A stretch of 64,000 bases of DNA from Felis catus (GCF_018350175.1 NC_058368.1:29762001-29826000); one strand, 5' to 3'. Positions 25,095 to 37,334 are shown, numbered from the stretch's first letter. The notes: generated by a model from the sequence alone, not told the origin. Translations and numbers: made by a program.

Positions 25095-27728
25095 CTCGGC
25101 GTGCGCGCCGCGGAGCCGCTGCTGCCCCTCGAAGTGACAGGAGCTTTCCCCGGTGGCGCTGCCGCCCTCCGAGCCCGGCACTTCGGCCGCAGCGACCGCG
25201 GGCGGGGGCGGGTCGGCCGCGGGGCTGCCAAAGGGCGCTTTGCCGCTGCCAGGGAAGGTGAGCACGTCGAACATGTTGGGCCTGGGCCCGGCTCCCCGGG
25301 CAGCCTCCTCCGGGGAGCCGGGAGCCGAGGCTCCGCCGCCCGCCGCCCCGGGCCGCTCTTCCCGGCGGGCCCCCCCTTTGCGCACCTCCTTCTTGCGGCG
25401 GTTGCAGGTGGTGGCGATGGCGATGATGGCGGCCAGCAGCAGCGTGCAGCTTCCCGCCAACACGATGATGACGATTAGCGGCGTGTCCCATTGTAGCGCC
25501 GGCCCCGACGCCGCGAGCCGCGAGCCAGGCGGGCGAGAGCGCTCCGGGCTCCCTGCACTGGCGGGCGCCACCAGCCCGCGTCCGTCACCTGCTGTCACCA
25601 CGAAGCTGACAGTGGCAGTGGTGGAGAGCGGGGGGCGGCCGCCGTCGGATATGACCAACAGAGCCCGGAAGACGCGGCCGGGGGGCTCCTGGGAGAGGTC
25701 GTCTGTGAGCACTATCTCCCCCGTGCGGCGGCCGATGGCGAAGGCTTCTCGCGGCTCCTGCTGCTGCAGCTCGAATGCCAGCTCCCCGTTGGCACCATCG
25801 TCTGCGTCCCGGGCCTGCACACGCGCCACCGCCGTGTCCCTTGCCGTGCGCCCGGGGACCGCCACTTCCAGGGTCCCGTTGGCCGGCGCCGGGTGCACCA
25901 GGATGGGTGCGTGGTCGTTCTGGTCCAGTACTCTCACTTGCACCAGGGCACTGCTGGAGAGCTGAGGGGAGCCACCGTCGCTCGCCTGGATGCGCACGTC
26001 GAGCTGGCGTAGGGTCTCATAGTCGAAGCTTCGCAGCGCGTAGATGGCCCCGGTAGCCGGGTCTACCGACACATAGGTGGACACCGAGCCCCCGGCACGG
26101 CCTACTTCGGCCTCCAGCAGCCGGTAGGTGACCTGGCCGTTGCGGCCCAGGTCCGGATCCCGGGCGGCTACCGTGGCCAAGTAGGCCCCGGGCGGGTTGT
26201 TCTCACGTACGGACACCTCATAGACTGGTCGTGTGAAAAGTGGCGCGTTGTCATTCTCGTCGCTCACGCGCACCGTGTAGGGCCGCACGGTGCGTAGAGG
26301 GGGTGCGCCTCTGTCCTCGGCCACCAGCGTCAGGTTGTACTCAGCGATGCGCTCGCGGTCCAGGGACGCCGCGGTCACCACCAGGTAGCTGCCCGCGTAG
26401 GCCGGCTGCAGCCGGAAATGCTCGTGCCCGTAGAGGGCGCAGCGCACCTGCCCATTGGCGCCCGAGTCTCTGTCCGAGGTGCTGACCAGCGCCACCAGGC
26501 TCTCGCGCGCCGCCCCCTCTGGCACCAGCGAGATGGCGCCGGCCTCCGGCGTTCCAGGTCCGGTCGGCGAGGTCGCGTCCGCACCCCCGAGAGCTGCGGC
26601 GGCGGCGGCGGCGGCGGCGAAGGGAGAGGCGGCAGGCGCGCCCGGGGCGGCCAGCGGGGTGATGGTGATGTCCGGAGCGTTGTCATTGACGTCGCGGATG
26701 CGCACGATGACTTTGCAGGTGGAGGCCCGAGGCCCGGGACCGCGGTCCTGGGCCCGCACGTCTAGCTCATAGGTGTCTTGGCGCTCGTAGTCCACGGGTC
26801 CTGCCAGGGTGAGGCGGCCCGAGCGCGGGTCCAGGCGGAAGAGGCGGCGCGCCTCGGGCGGGGTGCGGGCACCGAAGGCAAACACCACGTCGCCGTTGGG
26901 GCCCTCGTCGGGGTCGGCTGCGTCCAGGTCCAGCAGCAGGGAGCCCACGGGCGCGTCCTCCGCCAGCTCCACCTCGGCCACGGCGCCCTGCGGGAAGGCC
27001 GGGCTGTGGTCGTTGGCGTCCAGCACTCGCACGCTGAGGGCGGCAGTGGCGGAGCGCGGCGGGCGGCCGCCGTCCTGGGCCACTAGCTCCAGGCTGTAGG
27101 CGGCCTGGCTCTCGCGGTCCAGCTCCTGCAGCAGCACCAGGTCCGCGCACTGGGCGCCGTCCGCGCGCGTCTGCAGCTCCACGCGGAAGGGGCTGTGAGG
27201 CTCGGCCAGGCGCACGCTCTGCAGCCCGTTGGCTCCCACGTCCTCGTCCACCGGCACCTCCAGCGGGATGCGCGTGCCCACAGCCGCGCCCTCGGACACC
27301 TCCACGGGGATCTGGGCCCGGGGAAAGCGCGGCGCGTGATCGTTGATGTCCCTCACCTCCACCTCCACGTGTATCAGCCGGAACTGCTCCTGCGAGAAGC
27401 TGACCACGTCGAAGGCCAGCACGCACTGTGGTGCCTGGCCACACAGCCGCTCGCGGTCCAGGCCCGCGTCCCCGACGGTCAGCTGCCCGTCGCCCTCGCG
27501 CACTCGGAGCAGCGAGCTGTTGAACTGCTTCATCAGGCGGAAGCTTGTGTCTCCGGATACTTTCATATGCAGGTCCTCAGCTAGGGTCCCGATGACCGTA
27601 CCAGGAGCGTCCTCCTCGAAGGTGCTGTATCGCACTGTCTTGCTCTGGGCCACTGAAAGCACCCAACAGAGGCTGAAGAGCTGTAAAGGGAAAAGGCAGG
27701 GGCTGCCCCCGCGCCTCACCGGACTCAT
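25095..27728 (-). CDS. PCDH8: Protocadherin-8 coding exon 1: signal peptide, six cadherin repeats, transmembrane helix, juxtamembrane cytoplasmic region (878 codons)
   Basis: ATG at 27728 starts [34 protein letters not shown]. Repeated cadherin Ca2+ motifs (LDRE/DYE, DxNDxxP, AxDxG) and [24 protein letters not shown] followed by RRKK. Ends at donor GAG|GTGAGG, phase 0. Closely matches mammalian PCDH8 as I know it. Confidence 0.97.
25380..25388 (-). other. PCDH8: Alternative internal 5' splice donor in PCDH8 exon 1 (short isoform lacking 97 aa)
   Basis: AAG GAG|GTGCGC directly after RRKKE; 291 nt (97 codons) upstream of the main donor, same phase. Agrees with the known long/short PCDH8 isoforms. 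Confidence 0.75.
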
Positions 27729-27972
27729 GCCGCTAGCCCCAAGTGCTATTCCAAAAAGCTGAGGGAGCAATTCCTCTCTGGTTTGCAGGTGCAGGTCCGG
27801 GCGTGAGTCCCAGGCTCCTCCGAGCACGCTCTTTGCGAGCCCAGTGCGGGAGATCTGTGGGCTGCAGCTCGAGGTTCCGGCGGGCTCTGAGGACGCTCAG
27901 TCCGGTGCACACTACACACCTCTCCCTTCCTTCTATAGCTGCTGGAGCTGCGCCGCTGCGCGCCGCCTCCGC

Positions 27973-28017
27973 TTTTATAACAGCCGGTATGCAAATAACC
28001 AGAGCCGGGCAGCCAAT
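27973..28017 (-). promoter_or_regulatory. PCDH8 core promoter: TATA box, octamer, CCAAT box
   Basis: TATAAAA on the minus strand at 27979-27973, ATGCAAAT at 27989-27996, CCAAT at 28013-28017 in AGCCAATGG context. Implies a TSS near 27950, about 220 nt before the ATG, with no upstream ATG in between. Confidence 0.75.
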
Positions 28018-29661
28018 GGCAGCTTCACGCTCGCGCCGCTCCTACGCCAGCCTCTGACAATCCCTTTAATGTGGAAAGGCTTAGAGGGGAAAACAAGAAA
28101 GGAAAATTAGGGAATCTTTTCTTTGTTTAACTCCTTTCGCCTTTTTTCCTTTCCTGTCAGCGCCCTGAATACAGAGGAGTTGGCACAGGTCGCCGGGAGT
28201 TAAAGGGGGTGGATGGTTTTGTTAATTGTGCCTGTCCAGGGCCGGCTGTTTGAACTGAAAACAACCTTGGATTTCGGGGTAGTGGTGAGGGACCCCCCAC
28301 CCACTCTGCATTTTGCATCTTAGAGGCTTTCCTAAACCTCGTTCCTTTTTCTCCACTGACTTGCTTAACCCAGTAAGATTTTACTAGCTTTCTCTCCCAG
28401 CTTCCCAAAGCTTTCAGATACATTCTCTCGATTTAGGAGTCCTAAGGATAAGAGAGAATTGGTTTTATTCAAATTTGTGTACGCAATTGTGTTTTACTCG
28501 TGTGAGCGACGGCGATCAGGGCTGCCACTTCCTTTTCAGAAAAGAGCTCTGCGATGTGTTAGTATGCATGTCACTGTCCAAATGGCTTTCTTAAGCCCTG
28601 GGCGCTAGCAGGCCAGGAAAAAAAAAGTTCCAAATAGGATTTAGCATAAGCTTGAGGAGATTTGGAAAGGTTTCAAAGATCAGACTGTATCAAAGGCTTA
28701 TGAAGCCCTCGTTAGCAGTGGAAATAGAATGGCGTGGCAGGCGATCCCATTGGAGGCCCCAATGTCTGTATTATTTCACTGTGACAAGCTAAGGGGAGAG
28801 AAAGTTGAACAGTTTCCACTGCGGAGTTGGGCTAACTTGAATATAATGAGCAAACGCCACATGTATCCATTATGTTCCTCTATTCATCCCCAATCACTGC
28901 CATAACTCTCCGGCTAAACGGTGATGGGCGCTGAATTCCACACAATACCCGGCTCATATTAAAGTGCATTTAGAGAACTTTCCCTCCTGATGCCTTGTTC
29001 CGCCTATTTAGAGGATTTTCTTTCTGTTCTAATAGGGCTGCTCAGAGAAGCAACACTCATCCCGTTCCAGAAGAACAAAATCACAGCATGACGTTGAAAC
29101 CTGGCACTAACCTGGGGGAACTTAACCATCTGCCTACAAACGTGTGGAGCTTTGGTATTGCCAAACTCTGGGCTGGGTGGGTCCCCGGACTGGCCAGGCT
29201 TTGCGGTGCCCCCTCCCCTCACAGGTATTTCCCTCACCCCCACAATCCAAAGACCCAGGGAGGTGGAGCTCCAAGCAGGAGCAAGACGAATTCTTATTGA
29301 AGAGCTTTATTGAACGGGTTATGCAAATACGTATGAAGAAGGAGAGATAAAAGCAAAAGCCACGCACTGCAAGAAAAAAAATTTTTAAGGTGATGGATTT
29401 GATAAGCAGACTGTATTTAGTAAATATTCTTCTGAATCCAGATTTTAGTCCTGCTGTCAGCGTCCAATCTGTGTTTTCCTTTCCCTCAGACATGAGTGAT
29501 TATGTCCTGGGGTCTTTTCAGAAGACATTCAGGGGCTCTCCTCCACCCCACTCCGGCTCCGCAGGGTGAGCAAGCAGGTAGGTGGGGGTGCAATGAGGGT
29601 GGAGGAGAATGAAGTAGGAGCCCTGGAATTGCCAAAGAGCAAAAAATAAAACAAACAAACA

Positions 29662-29699
29662 ACACACACACACACACACACACGCACACACACACACAC
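29662..29699. repeat. (CA)n microsatellite upstream of PCDH8
   Basis: Read directly; one CG interruption. Confidence 0.95.
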
Positions 29700-29749
29700 G
29701 CAGCCCCAGAGATCAATAAATAAAGCTCTTATGAGATTGAGAAGAGATT

Positions 29750-31270
29750 GGGGGCGTCTTCAGAGCCGTTGTGCCTCTGGGTTCCTTCCCCCACCCCGTT
29801 CACCTTGCTGTCCTGGTATTGCTAAAAGCATTGATGCCGGGCAACTGCAGCCGCGAAGGGACAAGGAAAGGGCGACGCCCCCTGCAGGAGTACAATTCCC
29901 CAGCCTTCCCTTCCACTTTTTTCCCCCTCGCAGCTGCCAATTAATAGTTTGCTCTCTCTCTGCTCCTGCCCAAGAGGTATTTCTCGGTGGGTATGCGCAG
30001 CCAAAAGAACTTTCGGTCTTCTTTCCGAGCTCCTCAGCACTCCCACTCCGGCCTGGGGCCTGCTAGTGACCTTTAGTGTTTCCAGAGTCGCGCCCTCCCC
30101 CCCCTCCCCTTCCAGGGTCAGCCCAGACTCGAACACTTTCAGAACTCCGCAGTCGGACAGCGGCCTCCCAGTGTCAGTAGTGTAACCCCTAGAGGTCAGG
30201 TCCGCGCGGTGCATCGGCTGCGAAGCCAAGAACCCAGGGAGGGGTTGAGGGAGGACAAGGGTGAGGGCAGTGGGGCAGAATAGCAGAAAAAGGATGTTTT
30301 CAGCTGTTTCCGTGAGTAGACAATTGCCTAAAGCACGGTCACAAGTGACTGAGAACTGGACCCCACGCCTGCGCCCCCTGCGGTCTCGAGCCTCTCAGTT
30401 CTGGGCCGGACCACAGGATCCCAGCCGCGCGCTGTTTAAATTTGTTTTATTTTTGCTTGGCTGGAGAATCCCAACTACCTAATATTTTTACTCAAAGCGC
30501 TTCGTGTCATCTTGCTCATTCTCAAGACTGAAATACGGGAAGGCGTGCTGGGGGCAGGGGGAAGGGAGTGGCAGAACAGGCATAAAACAGGAGGCGGTAG
30601 GAGGGGTGTGGGCGGCTAGTAGCAGGTCCAAAGCATTTTATCCTGGGCTGGCGACTCGGCCGCTCGGAAGTGACCCTGACAGCGGCGGCGCCAGGAAGCG
30701 TGGGGCGCAGAGCCCCCAGCGGGTAGCCGCAGCAGGCGAGCGGCGAACACGGCCTTCCGAGCCGGCCGTAGAGGTGTGAAGGCACGCGAGCAGAACGAGC
30801 TCCCGGCACTGCCTCCTGCGGCCTCCAGATTATTGAAATACGATTTAAAATAGCGCATCAGCGCCTACAGCAACTCCCGGGGGAAGCAAAATGTCCGTGG
30901 AGGTGGGGCCGGGGGCGGGGGTGGGGGGGGGGGAAGGCAGGGGAGCTCGCCCTCCCCCAGCGCCGTTCCCGCCCCACAAAAGCAACTCACATCGACTTGT
31001 TATCATACCAAAGGCCCGAGCAGGCTCAAAGGAGCCCCTTTCTCTGGGTTTTAGCAACTTAGCCGGCAACAGTCTCGCAATCCTGAGAACAAACACAGCC
31101 CCACAATGGCCGGCGTTTTCTCGGAATGCAAATGCTGCGGGCTCCGCAAAGCTGGGTTTCTGTTGCCGAGCCTAATGCCTGCTTTGTGAAACTCGCGTGC
31201 AGACCCCGAGATTGACACGGGCGTCACGTGACGGATTAGGGCTCTAGGAAAGTTTTCAAAGCGGCGACAA
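29750..31270. promoter_or_regulatory. Second CpG-rich region 2-3 kb upstream of PCDH8
   Basis: Dense CpGs, G-runs at 30905-30943, octamer at 31126-31133, palindrome CGTCACGTGACG at 31222-31233; no interspersed repeats. Confidence 0.65.
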
Positions 31271-32089
31271 TGGGGGGCTCAGCCTGATCTGATATCTCCC
31301 ACAGTTTAGCGGGAAAGAAAATCAGGATATATTCTCATATGTAATAGGATTATCTTTTCCATTGCAAGTTCTATACAGCATGTAATTTATTTTTAATTAG
31401 GATTATATCTGCCAGGAAAGGGAACTAGAGTTCGCTGGAAAGTGTAATTCTAAGGATGGATGGGGAGAGGGGTTATTTTTTACCCTTTTAACTATTCAAA
31501 AAAAAAAAAAAAAAAAAAAAAAAAAGCCCAGGGCCTATTGTTTTTCCTTCAACAGGCTCACTCCATTGGATAAACCTTCCAGGGAAGTTTGCAGCAAGTG
31601 CTCCTCCAAGCAGAGAACAGAGGCAGCTCTTCAGAAGCATCCACTTCATTCTTGTAAGGAAAGCACACTTTGTAGAAATCTCTTAGAATTTCTAAGTCAC
31701 TGAGTTTTGCTGGTGTTTGCTCTCTAGAAATGCAACCAAGCTCTTTCCTACACTCCAGATGCTAACTTATATTTTTTTAAAATGCACCTCCCTTTTTTAT
31801 TGGGCTGTTGATGCTGGCAGAGTGACTTTTAAACTTTGATTTCAACCACAGAGTAACATCCTTCGTAGCCCTGATTCAAACTCAGCAGTCAGACGAGACA
31901 GTTTGGGGGTGAAGGTAACTGTTGTTTAAACATTGATTTTGGATTGATCCCAGTGCCAGATGCTCACAAATCATGGACCATTTCCAAGTCTTGGGTTACT
32001 CATCCTTTTTTGTGTTCTGTGTGTCGGGATGCTCTGGGATGCCTGCTTAACCTGATAAGAAATGAAACATAGGCTGGGACTGCAGGCAT

Positions 32090-32270
32090 TGAATCATCCT
32101 GCTTGTGTTCAAATCTGATACCACTGAATTGCTGTGTAACCCTGGGCAAGTTACTTGATCTCTCTGTAAATGGGGATAATACTAATACCTTGTAAAGTTG
32201 ACTTAAGGACTGTGTAAGAATACAGTATCAGGTACTTAGGAAGCCCTGAACACATGTTAATTATCATTTC
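32090..32270 (+). mobile_element. MIR SINE
   Basis: GCTGTGTAACCCTGGGCAAGTTACTT...CTGTAAATGGGGATAATA. Confidence 0.75.
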
Positions 32271-32804
32271 CTTTTAAAGCACAAGGAGGTATCATCTAAA
32301 CCTCTTATTTTACAGGTGAGGTATTTATTCAGAAAGACAAAATACAAAACAAAACAAAAGAACAACCCTCCCACTTCCTGTCTGCTTCTTTGCTTTAGTT
32401 TTAACTATCCTTCTGATTCTTTTTTTCCTCCTACCCTTCTGGAAATAATAATAGGTATAGTGGTGGGTGTATAGATCCCCATGGAAGGAGAGACATGGTC
32501 ATGTGAGGGTTAAGTCACTTTAATGCTTTCATGTCATTTCAAAATCTTTTGGAAACTTACTCTCTGGTTGAGATTAGATGATGGCAAAAAGGAGTTTCCA
32601 GTGGACTTATCCACCATCCTTTTCTACAAAAGCCATTTATCATGACTGAAACCACCTACAGACACAAATATTGAATGGACACCAACACATAATTCTGGGG
32701 GAGCAGGACTATTCCAGAAGGCCTTCCCTCTTAGGATGCTCAGGAGTAGCTGGTGACTTCCTGTACCTTACGTGGAGCCAGTGTTTGACTCTGTGCTTCC
32801 CCTC

Positions 32805-32961
32805 AGCATTAGTTCACCAGGACTGCCAGAAACTTTGTGGTTTAAACAATAGACATTTATTTTCTCACAGTTCTGGAGGCTGGAAGTCCAACATCAAGGT
32901 GTTGACAGGTTCCTTCTGAAGGTTGTGAGGGAGAATCTGTTCTATGCTTCTCTGCTAGCTT
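32805..32961. mobile_element. MLT1 (MaLR) LTR fragment
   Basis: TTAAACAATAGACATTTATTTTCTCACAGTTCTGGAGGCTGGAAGTCCAACATCAAGGTG...GAGGGAGAATCTGTTC. Confidence 0.8.
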
Positions 32962-32967
32962 TATTTA

Positions 32968-33072
32968 AAGAAGGAGAAGGAGAAGAGAGAGGAGGAGGAG
33001 GAAAAGGAGGAGGAGGAGGAGGAGGAGAAGAAGAAGAAGAAGAAGAAGACGACGACGATGACGATGGCGGAG
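32968..33072. repeat. Compound trinucleotide repeat (GGA)n(GAA)n(GAC/GAT)n
   Basis: Read directly. Confidence 0.9.
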
Positions 33073-36000
33073 AAAAATAGACTCCGTATGCCAGCCCGTA
33101 GGTGGGACACAGATGAAGAAGGATACCACAGTCGCATATGAGGATTGCTGTGATGAAGGCCTATGCTGCAGTCTATCACAGGTGGCTACCCACAGTCTTT
33201 AGGGGAGTGGAATACCTGAATGCAGGCCATATGTTAAGAGCAGTGGTGCGGGTGTGCATTGCACACCTGCATGAACCTAGAGGAAGGGCCCCAATTGTGC
33301 TGGGGAGTGGAGATGCTCAGGGAAAGCTTTCTGCAGGAGGTGACATTAGCTGGGGGTAGCAGGGGAGAGAGAGGGATGGAGATGAATAGGTCAACCCTTC
33401 TTGCAGGAATAGGAAACTCAATGGCATGAAGGTCCAAGGGTTGGGGTGTAGGTTGCCATGAGGGTCCGGAGTAGGAACGTTGTGGGGAAGAAAGCCAGAG
33501 TGAGCAAGTCAGGGCTTCATACACCACAGTTAAGGAATTCTAGTTCTATCCTTAGGCAATGGGGTTGAAGGATGTCATTGTGAAATCACAGGTTTACCAG
33601 GGTAGGGGCAGGAAAATGGACCAAGGAACCTAAACTGGTAGACTGATCTAGGAGGGAGCTCTCAAGTGGCAGGTTTGGGAACAGTGACTAGCTAGTTAGT
33701 GGTCTGGCTGAATCCCAAGAGACTCAGGACAGAGAGACATGCACTGAGACGGCACTTGTCTGTGGGTTTAGCCAGAGGACTATTTCCTTATCTGCCGGCC
33801 TGCCTTCTCCCCCAGCCAGAGGGCGCTGGAGTAAGCGGTGCCGGTGCCAGAGGAGTTGGCTGGTGATCTCCAGCATCTCCAGTCCTCTGGAGAATGCAGT
33901 TTCTCCTGGGAACCTCCTCTTGGAAGTCTGGTTCCAAGGAGAGTTCAGGCAGACAGCAGTGGAAGGGAGGGGGTTCTTTTTGCTCAGAAAGTTGAGGCTT
34001 CTCTGGGTTCGGCCAGGAGCAGGTCCAGAGTCCTCACAGTAGGTCTTCTGTTGGACATCTGTCCAAGACAAATAGTGCTGGTAGAGGGGGTGAGAAGTGG
34101 CATGTTCCATAGCTGCCTGTGGCCTGGGGGTGTGGACAGAAGGCCAGTGTTCTCCTTATCATCGAAAGATTTAGTGTGGGGGGGGAGGGGGAGGGTTGGA
34201 GGGGAGCGGGATTAAGAATTTCCCTGGAGCCCTTTGGTTGGAAAATATAGGATATAGGATATGGCCTGGCCTCCTAGGACCCAGTTGATGGTTGATGGGC
34301 ACTGTGAGGCAGAATTAGGACCAAATTACAGAGTTCATGGTGGAAAAAAAGAGGTTGTAGACAACCAAAGGAGCCCTCAGTGAGGATGAAAAGAACCACA
34401 AATCTCTGCTCAAACCATACTCAGGAGTTCTGTAGTTAGATAAATTGGATGGATTGATTGCTTTCAGAGCCTAAAACATGTCGTTGCAAATTTGGGGTTT
34501 AGTTATTAATAAATGCCACATGATTCAAAAGAAATTAAAGCAGGAAGCTGGAGCCTTTTCAAGGCAGAGAGAATTTAATCATTGACTGGTCTTTTTTTTC
34601 CTTCCTTTCTTTTTTCCTCAAAGTCATTGTTCTGTAAGTGCTGAAGACTTCTGACTCAGGCCTTCTTTAGCGTCTGATGGCTTGAACTCGCCTGCTCCAA
34701 GTGGGTCACAATCCACTTTTGAAATGGAAATGAAGTCTGCATGGCAGCCTCACCCTCAGAGCCCTGGGACCCAGGCCCAGCCAGGGCACCGCAGAGCCTG
34801 GTGTTATAAATTTCTGCGTAGATCTGAGAGCAGTTTTAGGCCATTGATCTCATGTCACCCAGAATCGAGATGGAGTGACGGCTGATAAACTGCATGGTGA
34901 CAGGCTGCGGCCTTGGAAGAAAAAAGTCTAGATGTGGGATAAAAGAAAAAAAAAGCTGATGGATTCGTTATCGGCCTCCCAATTCTTCTCATCCTGGATT
35001 ATTTCCGAACACTTTAGAAGCATTTATTTTCAGGTAATTTTATAGTTGTCTTTTTGTCCTTCAGAGGTGCTTTGGTCTATGAAATCACTCAGGGAATTTA
35101 GATGAAATCATTTTTATATGTATTGCTCGACAGCACAACGCCCCCCCCCCCGCGTCCCCCCCCCCTGCCCCGCCAAGTCCCTGAAGGCCTGCTTTTAGGT
35201 CCAAACCCTTAGGAGGCTTTTACCTGCAGTGCAGGGAATTGTAGATACAAATAACCATTGGCATTAATACTAATTCATGATTCTTCAGCAGCACAACCCA
35301 GCCTACAGTTGTTAAACACTACTTATTGTAATAAGGGCCAAATGCCAAAAGAGGCACATTGGTGGGGGTGGGGAACGCTCCTTGGTCAGTATTTAAATGA
35401 GTATTTTTCCTTCAAACTTTTTGATTCTCCCTTGGCTCCAGCCCCTCAGTCCAAAGGGCAGTGTGAATCACATGTTATCCCAGGAAGACCCAGGCGCTTC
35501 AGAAAGGTTTTGGGTAGGTAAGGTGAGAAGGCCAGGGAGATTAGGGGAGTGTGGCGGATCATTTGTGTTCTGGGATGAATAAAGGTTGAATTCTTGCCGC
35601 CCTGGCTCTCAGTTCCCGGGTCCAGTGTGGGAACGCGAGATGGGGAAGAATGGACTGCTCCATGCATTGAACTGAGAGCCCTCCTGGGCATGGCTGGCCA
35701 TTTGTAGGGCATCAATCTTGCTTTGCTTTGCCTGGGGAGCCTTGTATAGAGGTCCATGGTCTCAGGGGACTGAGAAGAAGGTTAGATGGAGGGATCAGAG
35801 CCCCCACAGGGAAAAATAATGTGACAAGCTGTCAGAACATGGCGACTGGGTGACTCCTGTTCCCTCAGTGGCCAGGGGGCCCTGCCAGGCCCCACATCCT
35901 TCAAGGCTGGGAGCTGGGAGAAGGGAACAATGTAAGATGTATGATGGATTACACACTTTTCCATCAAACCCCAGTGGAGCCTGTTTGCTGGACTTCTGGA

Positions 36001-36219
36001 AAAGGAGGAGTGGAGTGGCTTTTTCCAGGAGTGGAATGTTGTGAGTAGAGTATTTTGGAGGGGGAGTCTAGTGATAGAGAAGCCATGGAATTTCTGGGGA
36101 TCAAGAAAGCTATTCGCTGAGGTCAATGGCAGAGGTAGATCTCCAGGAGGAAATCCAGGGGTGAGAGCAAAATACACTTTGTCAAAGTCTGGGATAGGAG
36201 TTCCTTTACTTAGGACAAT

Positions 36220-36490
36220 TGTATCAGTCAGCACAGGTCAGGTTATGCTTCAGTAACAAACAACCCCAAATCTTAGTGACTTAAAACAGCAGGTGTATTT
36301 CTTGCTTACTCTGCATGTCCATCTGGGAATATGCTGCATGCTGTCCTCACTTGGGGACCTAGACTGTTAGAGTAGCCACCATCTGGAACTTTCTCCTTGT
36401 TGTGGCAGAAGGAAGAGGGAATGTAGCAAATTGTGTATTGGCTCTTAAAGTTTCCACCCACGTATGACAGACTTCCTTTTTATGTTCCTT
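36220..36490. mobile_element. MLT1 (MaLR) LTR fragment
   Basis: TGTATCAGTCAG...GGTTATGCTTCAGTAACAAACAACCCCAAATCTTAGTGACTTAAAACA. Confidence 0.7.
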
Positions 36491-37090
36491 TGTCCACTTC
36501 AAAGTCTTGCTAATGCAGTGTAAAAGCTCATTCTGCTTAGTCATTAGAAGGCAGGCTTGAGGGAATAAAACAGGAGAGCTGGACAAAACCCTTAGACAGG
36601 CCAAGAGTCAGGGCATGTGCCCTGAGCTTGCCTCCCCTTCTCAGGTCTTGGACAAACTATTACTTTTTTTTTTTTTTTTTTTTTTTTTTGCAGCAGGAAA
36701 ATAGCAGTTGGGAGAAATGCTGGGCAAAGGCATATGTGCCTCTAAATTCAAGGAAGGTCAGAAATAAATTAGAAGTGTCCTCATGTGACACATTCCTTAA
36801 AGTATAGGCTAAATTACAGCTTCAGACTAATTAGCAAGGAAATCCCCCAAGAGTGAAAGATTGAGTATTGGTAATGGGATTACATGTCCTCTTGCTTGTG
36901 CTTGGGGGAAAACTTGCATAAAGTATCTTCATTAATCACAATCCTAATGGCTTTTACTTTTACCACCATCAACCAACTACCAGGATCAAAAACATTTTAC
37001 TAAGCAACTTACAGAGTGTGGAATGGAGCTATGCTCTGTTGAGTGCTTTACAGTGGAGTTAAACCCTCTCCCTTTTGAGTTTACAATCAT

Positions 37091-37216
37091 GGGGTGCCTG
37101 GGTGACTCAGTTGGTTAAGTGTCTGACTCTTGATTTTGCCTCAGGTCATGATCTCATGGTTTGTGACTTCAAGCCCCATGTGGGGTTCTGTGCTGCCAGT
37201 GTGGAGCCTGCTTGGG

Positions 37217-37256
<40 letters not shown>

Positions 37257-37334
37257 TCCCTCTCCCTCTCCCTCTCTCCCTCTCTCTTCCCCCCTCCCCC
37301 GCCCAAATAAATAAATAAAGTTAAAAAAAAAAAA
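37091..37334 (+). mobile_element. CanSINE
   Basis: TSD GAGTTTACAATCA on both sides. Confidence 0.9.

Larger units (their letters stand above)
24700..28050. promoter_or_regulatory. CpG island covering PCDH8 promoter, exon 1, intron 1 and exon 2
   Basis: Visibly very GC- and CpG-rich against CpG-depleted flanks; not computed. Confidence 0.85.

Noticed and set aside
24490..27762. Long overlapping and antisense ORFs (333, 270, 225, 139 aa and others)
   Set aside because: Shadow ORFs expected in very GC-rich coding DNA; the 333-aa ORF just includes the exon 2 frame.
27729..27827. 33-aa N-terminal extension in the 1038-aa ORF call
   Set aside because: Starts at GTG, not ATG; the ATG at 27728 gives the known N-terminus and signal peptide.
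32968..33072. Acidic poly-Glu/Asp coding exon or retrogene
   Set aside because: No ATG-led ORF, splice context or recognisable flanking protein sequence.
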